Shown here piece by piece: positions 14,106 to 24,002 of a stretch of DNA of 64,000 bases. Source of the DNA: Chloropicon primus. Lineage: Eukaryota. Numbering within the stretch: the first letter of the stretch is position 1; the number at the start of each line of letters is the position of its first letter. The notes under the pieces were generated by a model. The model saw only the letters and a program-made list of their open reading frames with translations. It made no database searches and was not told the DNA's origin. The DNA is taken from positions 124,001-188,000 of the forward strand of contig CP060771.1 in assembly GCA_023205875.1 (NCBI GenBank), in the 5' to 3' direction. A program made the translations under genes and the position numbers.

Positions 14106-15125
14106 ATGTTGAAAGGAAGCTTGAGAGTGAAGAGCTGCCAGCAGGGGAACCTCGTCGTGCACGCGGCGACGAGGGGAGGCCGAGCGGGAAGAGTCCCCGC
14201 GGCGAGGACAGGAAGCAGGAAGCAGGCCTCGAGGAGCCAGAGTTTCAGGAGGCTCAGGGCGGCGGAGACGAACCAGGAGGCTGGTACCGGAGCCGGGGAC
14301 TGGGAGACCTGGGCCCCTGACGGGGAGGGCCAGGACGGGGCCATCTACACGGTGAGCCTGCCCAAGCCCATCGGAGTGTCGATCGCCAGGGGAAACGACG
14401 GAAGGTGTTACGTGTCCAGGGTGGATCCCACGAGGGGTACCATCGACCCAAGGGTTCAGCCGGGAGACAAGCTGCTCCGAGTGAGCCAGTCCTTCGGCGA
14501 GGAGACCTGGGAGGCATTGAACTACGGCCAGGTGGCGTACGCCATCAGGACGAGGAACGGAGACGTGTTCTTCGAGCTCCAGTCGAGGGGCGGGGACATG
14601 TCCATCTTCGAGAAGAAGAAGGTCGACGACTCCACGGCGGAGATGTTCAAGGCCGAGAGGAATGGAGGCAACTACGGCATCGGCACCAAGGAGCTTCAGC
14701 AGAGAAACTACATCGCTGCTCAGGAGACGGCGAGGGAGAGGAGGGAGCTGTTCGACGACGGCCTCGAGAAGTTCAAGGGGGGGGATCACGAGAACGCTAT
14801 TTTGGACTGGGAAAACGTGCTTGGTCTCGAGCCAGCAAACTACATGGGGGACGACTTTTCCAAGGTGTCTCAGATCTACCAGGTCGCCGCTTACAATATT
14901 GCTTGCGCCTACGCCAAGATGGGACAGGTCGACCCCGGCCTCGAGGCCCTCGAGCAGGCCCTCAGATCCGGCTTCTCGGACTACGACAAGTGCAGGAATG
15001 ACCCCAACCTCTCCAACTTGCGCACCTCCCAGAACTTCAGGCCTCTGATGGACAAGTTCGACGAGCCGATCATTAACATGGATGCCATCAACGCGGTCAA
15101 GGGACTCTTTGGCTTTGGAAAATAA
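14106..15125 (+). CDS. MET1: Thylakoid PDZ + TPR protein (MET1/ZKT/TEF30), PSII assembly/repair
   Basis: Transit peptide, PDZ (YTVSLPKPIGVSIARGNDGRCYV), TPR (AAYNIACAYAKMG...CRNDPNL), C-terminal FDEPIINMDAINAVKGLFG. Confidence 0.9.
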   Translation: MLKGSLRVKSCQQGNLVVHAATRGGRAGRVPAARTGSRKQASRSQSFRRLRAAETNQEAGTGAGDWETWAPDGEGQDGAIYTVSLPKPIGVSIARGNDGRCYVSRVDPTRGTIDPRVQPGDKLLRVSQSFGEETWEALNYGQVAYAIRTRNGDVFFELQSRGGDMSIFEKKKVDDSTAEMFKAERNGGNYGIGTKELQQRNYIAAQETARERRELFDDGLEKFKGGDHENAILDWENVLGLEPANYMGDDFSKVSQIYQVAAYNIACAYAKMGQVDPGLEALEQALRSGFSDYDKCRNDPNLSNLRTSQNFRPLMDKFDEPIINMDAINAVKGLFGFGK

Positions 15126-15255
15126 AGCGGAGCCCCGCCATTCAATGCACATTGCTTTTCTTTACGACGTGCTCACGCAAGACGGGTGGAAGCCAACAGG
15201 TTATAGACCTCGAAGACAATCCTCCCCACCGAAGAACTAGACTCAGTGTGACCGT

Positions 15256-15540
15256 TTCAATGGAAGATCGCCCTCAAATGCTTCGAGGGAGGTGTCGACC
15301 GAAAGATGAAGGGACGAAGCTTCGGGCCTGCTGCCCCTCCCTTGCCTCCCCCTCCCTCCCCGACGCCTGGATCCATCCCCCATCATCACAGCAATCCCTC
15401 CCAAAGCAAGCAGATCCAGAGATAAGCCATCCGCTTCAATGGAAGATCGCCCTCAAATGCTTCGAGGGAGGTGCCGACCGAAAGAAAAAGGGACAAAGCT
15501 TCGGGCCTGCTGCCCCTCCCTTGCCTCCCCCTCCCTCCTC
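15256..15540. repeat. Direct duplication of ~105 bp with a 179-bp offset
   Basis: ttcaatggaagatcgccctcaaatgcttcgagggaggtg...ctccctcc at ~15256 and ~15435. Confidence 0.9.
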
Positions 15541-15630
15541 CTCCTACCTCAACAACAACAATCACTCGAGCCATCTTTCGCGCGCTTTTCTGGGCTGGGC
15601 TGGATCTCACAACAATTCCTCTCTGCTGCG

Positions 15631-17052
15631 ATGGCGTCGACGACGGAGAGTATCACGCTGCCGACGTCGGTGCCTCGCGTCATAGAGGCGGAGGGGACGC
15701 CGGAAGCGTTGATCCCGAACGAAGCTCCGTCGACCGTGGCGTCGCCCTCCGCGTCGCCCTCCTCCTCCCCTTCCCTTCCTTCACGAAAGAGGAAGAAGAA
15801 GAGGTCAACCCATGACGACGATGATCATCAACAACAACAACAACAACATCGTGGTCGTCGTCAACAAGGAGGAGGAGGAGGATGGAAGAGAGTGGTTGGA
15901 GCGGCAGGAGGCATCTTGAGCAAGGCTCCGGGGTTGGCCCTGAGTCCGAGGCACGTCGTAACGGCAGCCGTCGGCGGGGCTGCCGTCATAACGGCCGTGC
16001 GGTTGGCGAGAAAGCTGCTGGGAAGGAGGAGGAGGAGGAAGGAGGAGGAGAAGAGGAAGGAGGGGGAGGGTGACGGGAAGGAGGTGGTCGTGGAACCTCG
16101 ATGGAGGTCGATGGCACCGGCGAGGAGGGAGGAGAGCGGATCGACGGAAGCGACGGGGACCTCCTCGAGGCCTGAGCCTCTGCCAGTGGTGACCCAAGAG
16201 CCCGCAACAACGGCGACAAGGCCAACCTTGGCGGAGGACGGTATCCCCTCGAGCCTGCCCCGAAACCTTGCCTTCAAAGGATCCTCTTGGGGGAGGCTGA
16301 TGCTTTTTTTCCTTGTGCTCGTCACCCTTCTGGAGCTCGTGAGGCAGGTGAACTTCAACCACTTGGACCTGAAGGGCTTGAAGCTTCAGGGCGGAAAGCT
16401 GACGCACCAGCACTACCTCGTCCTGAGCGAGAAGGTCTTCTGCCTGTTCATGGCCTGGTACCTGACGGTGTGGTCGAGCTTTCTGACCACGAGGAGGGGG
16501 AGGGAGAGCCTCCTCGTCGCGGGAAGCGTGGTGCGCGCCTCGCCCGGGCCGAGTTCCGAGCCTGCCAGCCAAGGGCTTGACGGCGGCAAGGGGACGAAGG
16601 CAATCGACTTCAGCGGCATTTGGCTTCGGGACAGGAAGAACAGCGACAGCCTGGCGGGCGTCTGCAAGCTCGCGAACGTGAACAGATTCCTCGCCAAGGC
16701 CATCTGCCTGGTGAGAGGGTCGGAGCTTGTGCAGACGGAGGAGGGCTTGTCCATCCGCGTCTTCAGCGAGATCCCTTGGTTTTCCCTGAGGGAGAGGTAC
16801 ACGTTCAGCGGCAACGCTTTGAACAAGAGGAGAGACTTTCGTAGGGGGGAGATGGATTGCACGATGGAGAGGACCAGCACTGGCTTGAAGTTTTTGATGA
16901 AATGGCCGGAGCCATGGGGCGGGACCGAGGAGACGTACTACGTGCTTGTCGGGGACCACACGCTCCACGTGAAGACCACAAACACCATCACCCAAAGCGA
17001 CGGGGTGCCCAAGAGCATCTCTTACACCACGATCTACCACCGCAGGCACTAG
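15631..17052 (+). CDS. Membrane protein with C-terminal lipocalin/FABP-like domain
   Basis: Low-complexity N-terminus and 2-3 hydrophobic segments, then IDFSGIW (GxW motif), two short helices, beta-strand pattern and terminal TTIYHR. Confidence 0.6.
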   Translation: MASTTESITLPTSVPRVIEAEGTPEALIPNEAPSTVASPSASPSSSPSLPSRKRKKKRSTHDDDDHQQQQQQHRGRRQQGGGGGWKRVVGAAGGILSKAPGLALSPRHVVTAAVGGAAVITAVRLARKLLGRRRRRKEEEKRKEGEGDGKEVVVEPRWRSMAPARREESGSTEATGTSSRPEPLPVVTQEPATTATRPTLAEDGIPSSLPRNLAFKGSSWGRLMLFFLVLVTLLELVRQVNFNHLDLKGLKLQGGKLTHQHYLVLSEKVFCLFMAWYLTVWSSFLTTRRGRESLLVAGSVVRASPGPSSEPASQGLDGGKGTKAIDFSGIWLRDRKNSDSLAGVCKLANVNRFLAKAICLVRGSELVQTEEGLSIRVFSEIPWFSLRERYTFSGNALNKRRDFRRGEMDCTMERTSTGLKFLMKWPEPWGGTEETYYVLVGDHTLHVKTTNTITQSDGVPKSISYTTIYHRRH

Positions 17053-17151
17053 GCAGGCGCGAAACAGAGAAACCCCAAGCAAATAGAATCAAGTGTACAA
17101 ACCTGTAATACAAATTGTTTTTCGAACTGTAAATCTTTTCTTTTCTCAACC

Positions 17152-18174
17152 TCAGTAGTCGACCGCCTGCCTCTCTGTGGCGTACTTGGGCTCGTGCTCG
17201 TACTCCACCTCGATGTTCTTCCTCGGTTTCTTCGAAGAAGACCCTTTCTTCCCCTTCTTCCCCGTCGTCGGCCTTTTCTTCTTGCCCTTGCCCTTGCCCT
17301 TGCTGTCCCCGTAGTCCTCTCCAGAGTCGGAGTTGTCCAGCGCCTCCAAGTCCGCGTTCGGGAGCTCAAACGACTCGATGTCGCTGTCATTCAAGTAGTC
17401 GTACCCCTCGACGAACTCGATCTCCTCGTCGTCCTCGTCCTGCTCCTCCTCACTCTCGCCCTCGAACTCCTCCTCGTACTCGGCCTCCCCCTCCTCCCCC
17501 TCCCCGTCGCTCAGCAACGAGTTCCTCTGAGAGTCCTCGCCGCTGTCGTACTCCTCCTCCCGTTCCCTCTCGGCCTCTTCCTCCTCCTGGTTGAGGACCT
17601 TGTTGTACTGCTTGGCCGGGAAGTTGTAAATATCCTGGTAGTTCCCACTCTGCAGCCTGCTCAGGAGCTCCTTCTCGATCTCCCGGTCCACGTTCGAAGC
17701 CGCCTCCGCCTTGGCCTCCCTCTTCCTCTCCACTTTCTCCTTCCTCGCGGGCACCGTCACAAGCTTCGGCCTCACCCTCAGCGCAAGCCTCTTCATCCTT
17801 ATCAGGTACTGCGTGATCTTCGTCAACCTCTGCTTGTTCTTGTGCACCAGAAACTTGGGCCAATACTTGAGATGCGAGTCTATCTGCTCCAGAGCCTTGG
17901 CATAATTCCTGCTCAGCTTCACCCGCTGCCACAAGTTCTTCGGAGAGTGAGCCCTCTCGATCGTTTTCATGTAAAGGTAGCACCGACCCTTCTCCTCAAG
18001 GATCGTAGCGTACCTGCTGTTCGCCAAGGGACAACTCGACCGGTTGCACAACCCAGTCACATTATATTGGTTTCGACAAAAGTTTTGTGTCTCCTTGTTT
18101 TGCATCTTCGTCGAAACTTTGAACGAGCAGTGGTGGTGGTTGATCACCGACCAAATGATCTCGTCGTTCTGCAT
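17152..18174 (-). CDS. MAK16: 60S ribosome biogenesis factor MAK16
   Basis: [43 protein letters not shown], acidic tail, IEVEYEHE. Confidence 0.97.
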   Translation of the reverse strand: MQNDEIIWSVINHHHCSFKVSTKMQNKETQNFCRNQYNVTGLCNRSSCPLANSRYATILEEKGRCYLYMKTIERAHSPKNLWQRVKLSRNYAKALEQIDSHLKYWPKFLVHKNKQRLTKITQYLIRMKRLALRVRPKLVTVPARKEKVERKREAKAEAASNVDREIEKELLSRLQSGNYQDIYNFPAKQYNKVLNQEEEEAEREREEEYDSGEDSQRNSLLSDGEGEEGEAEYEEEFEGESEEEQDEDDEEIEFVEGYDYLNDSDIESFELPNADLEALDNSDSGEDYGDSKGKGKGKKKRPTTGKKGKKGSSSKKPRKNIEVEYEHEPKYATERQAVDY

Positions 18175-18704
18175 CTTTGCCACCTACGTCAACTAAACTC
18201 AACCACGCTCCTTCCTCTCTTGGCTCTTGGCTCTTGGCTCTTGCTCCGAAGAATGAATGTTCGAAACCTCCAGGTCTGGCCCTTCCTCGAGTCGAAATGG
18301 GTCAAGCGAACACTCGTTGGAAAGCTCGCGAGATGCTCTTTCCGATGATCTCTCACACAACAGGTACTCCTCCCTCCGTCGTCTCACAAAATGCCCTGGA
18401 AGACAAGCGACACCTTCTCCTCGAGCGAGGCCCTCGTTCCCCTTTCTGTGGCGCTGGCGGCGACGGACCGCTTGGAAATGTTGCTGGAAATATTGGCCAA
18501 AGGAGGCCAAACAAGGAAGCTCAACGCCTGTGTTCAATGGCTCCAAGGTCACCGCCTTGCGACAGAGTCTCTCTCTCGCTCGCTCTCGCTCTCGCTCTCG
18601 CTCTTTCAAAGCCTCTCTCTGCCTCGCTCTCTGTCTCCTTCTCTCTCTCACTCTGTCTGAAACTTCATTGGGAAAGCGTCGTCGTCGTCGTCGTCGTCTT
18701 CCAG

Positions 18705-19227
18705 AGTCTGCAGCAAAGAGCTTGTGATGGAATGGAATGGGAAGCACGAAAGAGGGCAAGGAGCTCGGCCGTTATCCTCGCCATGTCCCCTCTCACCCGC
18801 TTCCATCCATCCATCCATCCACCTCCCTTGACAACAAAGCTCCTCTCCTCTCCCAAAAGTCATTATTGCCACAAGAAAAAGTCTGCAGCAAAGAGCTTGT
18901 GATGGAATGGAATGGGAAGCACGAAAGAGGGCAAGGAGCTCGGCCGTTATCCTCGCCATGTCCCCTCTCACCCGCTTCCATCCATCCATCCATCCACCTC
19001 CCTTGACAACAAAGCTCCTCTCCTCTCCCAAAAGTCATTATTGCCACAAGAAAAAGTCTGCAGCAAAGAACTTGTGATGGAATGGAATGGGAAGCACGAA
19101 AGAGGGCAAGGAGCTCGGCCGTTATCCTCGCCATGTCCCCTCTCACCCGCTTCCATCCATCCATCCATCCACCTCCCTTGACAACAAGGCTCCTCTCCTC
19201 TCCCAAAAGTCATTGCCAAGAAAAAGT
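18705..19227. repeat. Tandem repeat, 3 x 175 bp, nearly identical
   Basis: The unit agtctgcagcaaagagcttgtgatggaatgg...caagaaaa starts at 18705, 18880 and 19055. Confidence 0.97.
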
Positions 19228-19229
19228 GA

Positions 19230-20531
19230 GTGAGGAGATGGAGATGGAGATCATTCGTAACGCCCGCCCGACGACGGCAACGGAGGAAGAGGCAGGCGGA
19301 GGAGGCAAGGCGGAGGAGGTTTCTTTTCGTCCTTAGCGTCGTAGCCCTCGTGGCAAGCTTTTCGTTTTCGGAATCCGTCCGAGGGGACACCCTGGAACGC
19401 TTCACGAGAAGGAACAGGTTCCTCGTCGAGGAGGACGATGGCATTGGAGAACAGGAGGAGGAGCCCTTGCTAGCGTCTGCCCAGATGCTCACGCCTTACC
19501 GAGGGGCGGGTCCGTTCGACATCTCTCGCGAGTACAAGGAGTGGAGCTTTGGCAACCACACGAGCAGGGGCGTGATCTACAAGCCAGTTTCGAGGAACGA
19601 CAACGGGGTGGTGACCAGGATGGACGACGGGTCCAAGTTTCCTGCCATTGTGTTCGGGCACGGCCTCTGTGCAAAGCCAGAGTTCTACGAGCACATGAAT
19701 GTGTTGCTCTCGAGCTGGGGGTACGTCGTCCTCGCCACGGAGGAGTTCTCCGATTGTGACGTGAGCAACTTCGCACCCGGCGGGGAGCAGGTGAACACGA
19801 CCGCGTACACCGAGGAGCTGGAGCGGAACGTTCTCTATCTCGCAAGCGGCGCGGTCGGCGGGGTGAACGCTTCGGCAATCGCCCTCGCCGGGCACTCGAT
19901 GGGGGGTGGCGCATCCATCAACGCCGCGGTGAGCTTGGAGGACAGAATCCCCGGGCTCGTCAAGGCGGTGGTCGCAGTGGCCCCCTGGAACGGCGTGGAG
20001 CCCAACCCCTCGACGAGGATTCCGGATCTCGGGAGCGACGTTCCGGTCTTTTTGATCTGCTCGACGCAGGACTCTCTCGTGCCGTGCAGCGGCCCGATCA
20101 CAACAGAGGTCGTCATCGGGTCCTTCAGGATGCCCTTCGCCTCCTTGATCCCTGCGATCCACGGCAGGCACCACGGCGTGGACTGGAACGGGGGCGTCCT
20201 CGCGATGTACGAGAACGCCACGTCGTCGGGCGGTGACTCGCCGGCAGTGATCCTCGCCGTGGTGAAGGACGCGAACCACCTGACCATCGTGGACACGGAC
20301 GGTCGCGCCGGGGGGACGAAGCTGGCCGAGGAGGCCTTCTCCAGGTACCTCGAGTTCCCGAAGGTCGACTTGGAGCGGGGCGCGGTCCTCCCCACGATCG
20401 AGTACTCGGTCGCTTTCCTCGAGTGGGTGATGAGGGGAGATGCCGTGGCCCGAGACCTGCTGTGGGGGGAGGGCATCCAGAGCGACGCCAGGTTCAGGCA
20501 GCCCGTGCTGAGGAGCTCCGGAGAAGATTGA
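19230..20531 (+). CDS. Secreted/anchored alpha/beta hydrolase, cutinase/PETase/chlorophyllase-like; true start unresolved
   Basis: AIVFGHG, GHSMGGG (nucleophile), VAVAPWN, ICSTQDSLVP (Asp), DANH (His); hydrophobic N-terminal segment. Confidence 0.85.
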   Translation: MRRWRWRSFVTPARRRQRRKRQAEEARRRRFLFVLSVVALVASFSFSESVRGDTLERFTRRNRFLVEEDDGIGEQEEEPLLASAQMLTPYRGAGPFDISREYKEWSFGNHTSRGVIYKPVSRNDNGVVTRMDDGSKFPAIVFGHGLCAKPEFYEHMNVLLSSWGYVVLATEEFSDCDVSNFAPGGEQVNTTAYTEELERNVLYLASGAVGGVNASAIALAGHSMGGGASINAAVSLEDRIPGLVKAVVAVAPWNGVEPNPSTRIPDLGSDVPVFLICSTQDSLVPCSGPITTEVVIGSFRMPFASLIPAIHGRHHGVDWNGGVLAMYENATSSGGDSPAVILAVVKDANHLTIVDTDGRAGGTKLAEEAFSRYLEFPKVDLERGAVLPTIEYSVAFLEWVMRGDAVARDLLWGEGIQSDARFRQPVLRSSGED

Positions 20532-20720
20532 CGAGGATTGACGAGGATGAGGATGAGGTAGCAGCTCACCTGGGCTGACTCAATATAGATCTATATACAT
20601 ATAAGAAAAGAAAAGAAAAAAAAGGACGTCGAACTTTTTTTTTTTGTGTGTGTGTTTTCAAGTGCCATACCCCTTTCCTCCCTTTCCTCCTCCTGGTGAC
20701 CACGGTGACGATCATGATCG

Positions 20721-20755
<35 letters not shown>

Positions 20756-21117
20756 CGTGCGTGTCAGAGGGGAATCATGAGAGAGAGAGAGAGAGAGGGA
20801 CACAAAGACAGGGTGAGGCCCTCGCTCGCTCCCCCTTGTCCGGCCCCTCCATCCTCCTCCTCATCTCCATCTTGGGCGCTGATCCCAAGGACAAACCCAT
20901 TTGCATTTTCTGATTTTGCTGTGACGTAGTGGCAAATCGCTTGACGCGACATGGCAAACAGGCGGGCCAGGAGCCCAGTGGAGGGCGATGTGTGGATGTG
21001 GGCACGGGGGCATTGTTTTTTTGCATGTGCATGCGCCCACCACCACCATCCGCTACCATCGCCCTCCACCCACTCCCTCTCCTCCTCCTCCTCTGACTTG
21101 CTTACTTGCTTGACTCG

Positions 21118-22665
21118 ATGATGCTGAAGGCGATGCCTCCCCCTGAGGTGCCAGGGCCACCGCCATCGCCGGTGGTGGAGGGGGAGGCAGGGACACTGAC
21201 TGCCGTCGGAGAGTCGTCGGACGGGATGAAGCCTCTCCCTGTTGCTGCTGCTTTCGGCGACGTCGTCGACGACGTGGTGACGAGCCCCCGGTCGATCACG
21301 CACCTGATCTCGGGGAAGAGCCTGACGCCTAACGGCTCGCCGGACGTTACGCCCCCGAACTCGAGGAACTCGAGCTTCCGGCTGGACAGGCAGCCGAGCC
21401 ACGACAAGTCCGGGGGCTCGGACCTTTCGAACGGCGGGAGCCTTCCTGTGAAGAGGGAGAGGTCCTCGGCGATCGGCCCCGGGGACGACTTTCTCGACGA
21501 CGAGGAGCGCCTCGAGGCGGAGTTGTCTCACTTGCCGTCGAGAAGCGCCGCGGAGGAGACCCGGGCCATGATGAGGCGCCTCCAGGAGACGGAGGACCTG
21601 GGTGGTTCCAAGTGCCCCGCCTCCCCGGGCACGCCCTTGGCGGGCAGGACCTCCAAGAACCCCCTCCATGTCACGTACAACCACAAGGGGCAGAAGAAGG
21701 TGACGGGAGTTCGCGGCGTCCACCAGATGGGGGAGAGGTACGGCCGGAGGTTCCAGGTCAGGGTCTGGCTCAGGAGGGGCCAGTTCAAGGAGAAGGAGTA
21801 CAACTACAACGCCGCGGGCCAGCCTGTCGACCCTGACACGAACCTCCCGGTGGCCAAGAAGGTCCTCACCGGCGGCGGCAAGAGGATCCACTTGGGCTGC
21901 TTCTCCCACGTCAAGACCGCCACCAAGGCGTTCGACATCGCGGAGATCTTCTTCAGGGGGGACGCCGCGCAGACGAACCTGCCCATCACGACGTATTCGG
22001 ACAACCCCGTTCTGTTCTTCCTGCTGCATATCGTGCAGGACAGGAACTCGCTCGAGGAGTTCATGACCGTGTGGAAGCACATCATGCCCTACAAGTGGAT
22101 CATCGACGCGGACAAGCCCACGGAGGAGGTCGTGGCGCAGCTCGAGGTCATCAAGGAGAGCCTCGCGGCGTACCACAACAAGGCTCAGAGGTACGCCGAG
22201 AGGATGGGCTACCAGCAGCACCAGCTGCAGCAGCAGCAGCAGGTGCTCCAGATGAACCTTTTCCTCGAGGAGAACCAGTCCCCGTTCCAGCAGCACACGC
22301 CGAGCAGCACCTTTCTCGCAACGGAAGACGAGATGACCCAGCTGCTGGAGACCACGAACAAGCTGATCAACGGCCTGCCGGAAGCTGACCAGTACGAACC
22401 TCAGGAAGCGGTGGGCCTTAAGAGGAAGCTCAACGAGCTCACCGCCAGCCAGATCGCGAGCGTCGTGGACGCGACAAACTTCAGCGCCAGCCAGCTCGAC
22501 CTCGCCGCCTACGGAGGACAGTACATGCAGCAGCAGCAGCAGCAGCAGTACCAAAGTCCTTCCGTGCGAGGCATTCAGGCGGACTCCAGCCTCTACAACA
22601 CGGTCGCCGCTCTGGAGAACCACCTGATGGGTGATCAACAGTTCTCTCCGCCGTCGTTGAACTGA
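21118..22665 (+). CDS. AP2/ERF-domain transcription factor with poly-Q tail
   Basis: GVRGV...RFQVRVW...KRIHLGCF...ATKAFDIAEIFFRGDAAQTNLP. Confidence 0.85.
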   Translation: MMLKAMPPPEVPGPPPSPVVEGEAGTLTAVGESSDGMKPLPVAAAFGDVVDDVVTSPRSITHLISGKSLTPNGSPDVTPPNSRNSSFRLDRQPSHDKSGGSDLSNGGSLPVKRERSSAIGPGDDFLDDEERLEAELSHLPSRSAAEETRAMMRRLQETEDLGGSKCPASPGTPLAGRTSKNPLHVTYNHKGQKKVTGVRGVHQMGERYGRRFQVRVWLRRGQFKEKEYNYNAAGQPVDPDTNLPVAKKVLTGGGKRIHLGCFSHVKTATKAFDIAEIFFRGDAAQTNLPITTYSDNPVLFFLLHIVQDRNSLEEFMTVWKHIMPYKWIIDADKPTEEVVAQLEVIKESLAAYHNKAQRYAERMGYQQHQLQQQQQVLQMNLFLEENQSPFQQHTPSSTFLATEDEMTQLLETTNKLINGLPEADQYEPQEAVGLKRKLNELTASQIASVVDATNFSASQLDLAAYGGQYMQQQQQQQYQSPSVRGIQADSSLYNTVAALENHLMGDQQFSPPSLN

Positions 22666-22823
22666 TGCTTTGGACAACCACTGCAACCGCTTACTGAATC
22701 GAAAGCAAAAACAAAAACAAAAACTCAACGATGCTTGACAAATTTTACAAGGAATACCACTTACTTTGGCGATGTCCTCCTCGGCTACGCACCTTTCCTC
22801 GCCTCCACCATCTCCCCGGTCGG

Positions 22824-23390
22824 TCACCTGCCGCTCGCCAGCCTCGAGCAACGCTTCAGAGCGTCCCTCGCTTCTTGCATATCTCCCAGGGCGCTCTTCG
22901 CCATCATGTGGATGCTCTGCAAGCTCTCGTCCACGCCGAGCCACCTCTCCGTGTCCCTCCTCATTGCCTTGGACCACTGGTGGAGACCAACAGCAGCCCC
23001 CCTCACAAGCTTCTTGTGCCCTTTCAGTGCGTCTGACCTCGACACCAAAGCCTCCAAGTCAAACCTTTGGCGCTGAAGCTGGCACCCGCGGTCCAATCCA
23101 CTGAACCTGCTCCCCTCCTGGCCTCCGCTGCGTCCCTTGGCCTCCTTCCTCCTGTCCTCTCCCTCGACAAGGCTTCCACCTTCCACCTGGTGGCTCTCCT
23201 TGCTGCTGCTGATGGACAAGTCGTCCCGTCGCTCCGTGTCCTTCCCCTCGTGTTGTGATGGCGGCGGATCTCGCGCCGTCGTTGTGGCCTCCTCCTCCTC
23301 CTCCTCGTGCTGGACTCCCCCCTCCTCCTCCTCCTCTTCTTCCTCCTCCTCCTCGTCGTCTTCGCCCAACACGAACTCACCCAGTGCCAT
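22824..23390 (-). CDS. Hypothetical protein, acidic N-terminus and helical C-terminus
   Basis: 188-aa ATG-initiated ORF with genome-typical codon usage; no recognisable family. Confidence 0.4.
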   Translation of the reverse strand: MALGEFVLGEDDEEEEEEEEEEEGGVQHEEEEEEATTTARDPPPSQHEGKDTERRDDLSISSSKESHQVEGGSLVEGEDRRKEAKGRSGGQEGSRFSGLDRGCQLQRQRFDLEALVSRSDALKGHKKLVRGAAVGLHQWSKAMRRDTERWLGVDESLQSIHMMAKSALGDMQEARDALKRCSRLASGR

Positions 23391-23622
23391 GCCTGGATGC
23401 AGCTTGCTCTATCGAACCGTCCTTCCTCACCACAGCGTCTCTTCTTCCAAGGAAGGGCTCTTTCGAAAGAGCAAGAGACGATCCTTCCGCCAGTCCGCGA
23501 CCTTCTCCCTTCCTCGACACGATCGACGCACGATGGCGTACCCGCTTGTCCTCCTCTCTCTCCTCCTCTCTCTTCCACGATTGAATGGGGGAGGGAGGAG
23601 AAGGAGAAGGCGAGGCTCATCG

Positions 23623-23780
23623 ATGGCATGGATAGTGGATGCCGAGGAGGGGGAGGAGGAGAGGGGAAGAGGTGGGGTATTGATGGATGGATGCATTGTC
23701 TCTTGCTCTGTCCAAAGAGCCCTCGCTTGCAAAGAATAGCGTGGAGGAAGGGCATTGATGGTGCTGGTGCTGGTGCTGGT
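23623..23780. repeat. Single copy of the dispersed repeat family arrayed at 50766-51274
   Basis: atggcatggatagtggatgccgaggag...cattgtctcttgctctgtccaaagagccctcgcttgc...gatggtgctggtgctggt matches 50821-50966. Confidence 0.92.
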
Positions 23781-24002
23781 GCATTGATGGCGGACACACA
23801 CACACACACACACGAGGGTGAGGGTGAGGGTGAGTCTAAAGTCTTACTTTTGGTGTTATACTTAAAAGGAAAAATAATTTTGGGGTGGGACCACTCCTTA
23901 CTGAAGTCACCACGCGAACGACGACGAGAACGAGGACGACAGCGCGAGCGCGTCTTCGTTGCTGTCCAATGCATGCGATGGTCTACGACGGTGCTGAGAC
24001 GA

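Noticed and set aside
18705..19227. Tandem arrays as CRISPR (also 50766 and 56597)
   Set aside because: Whole units are repeated with no unique spacers; eukaryotic context and no cas genes.
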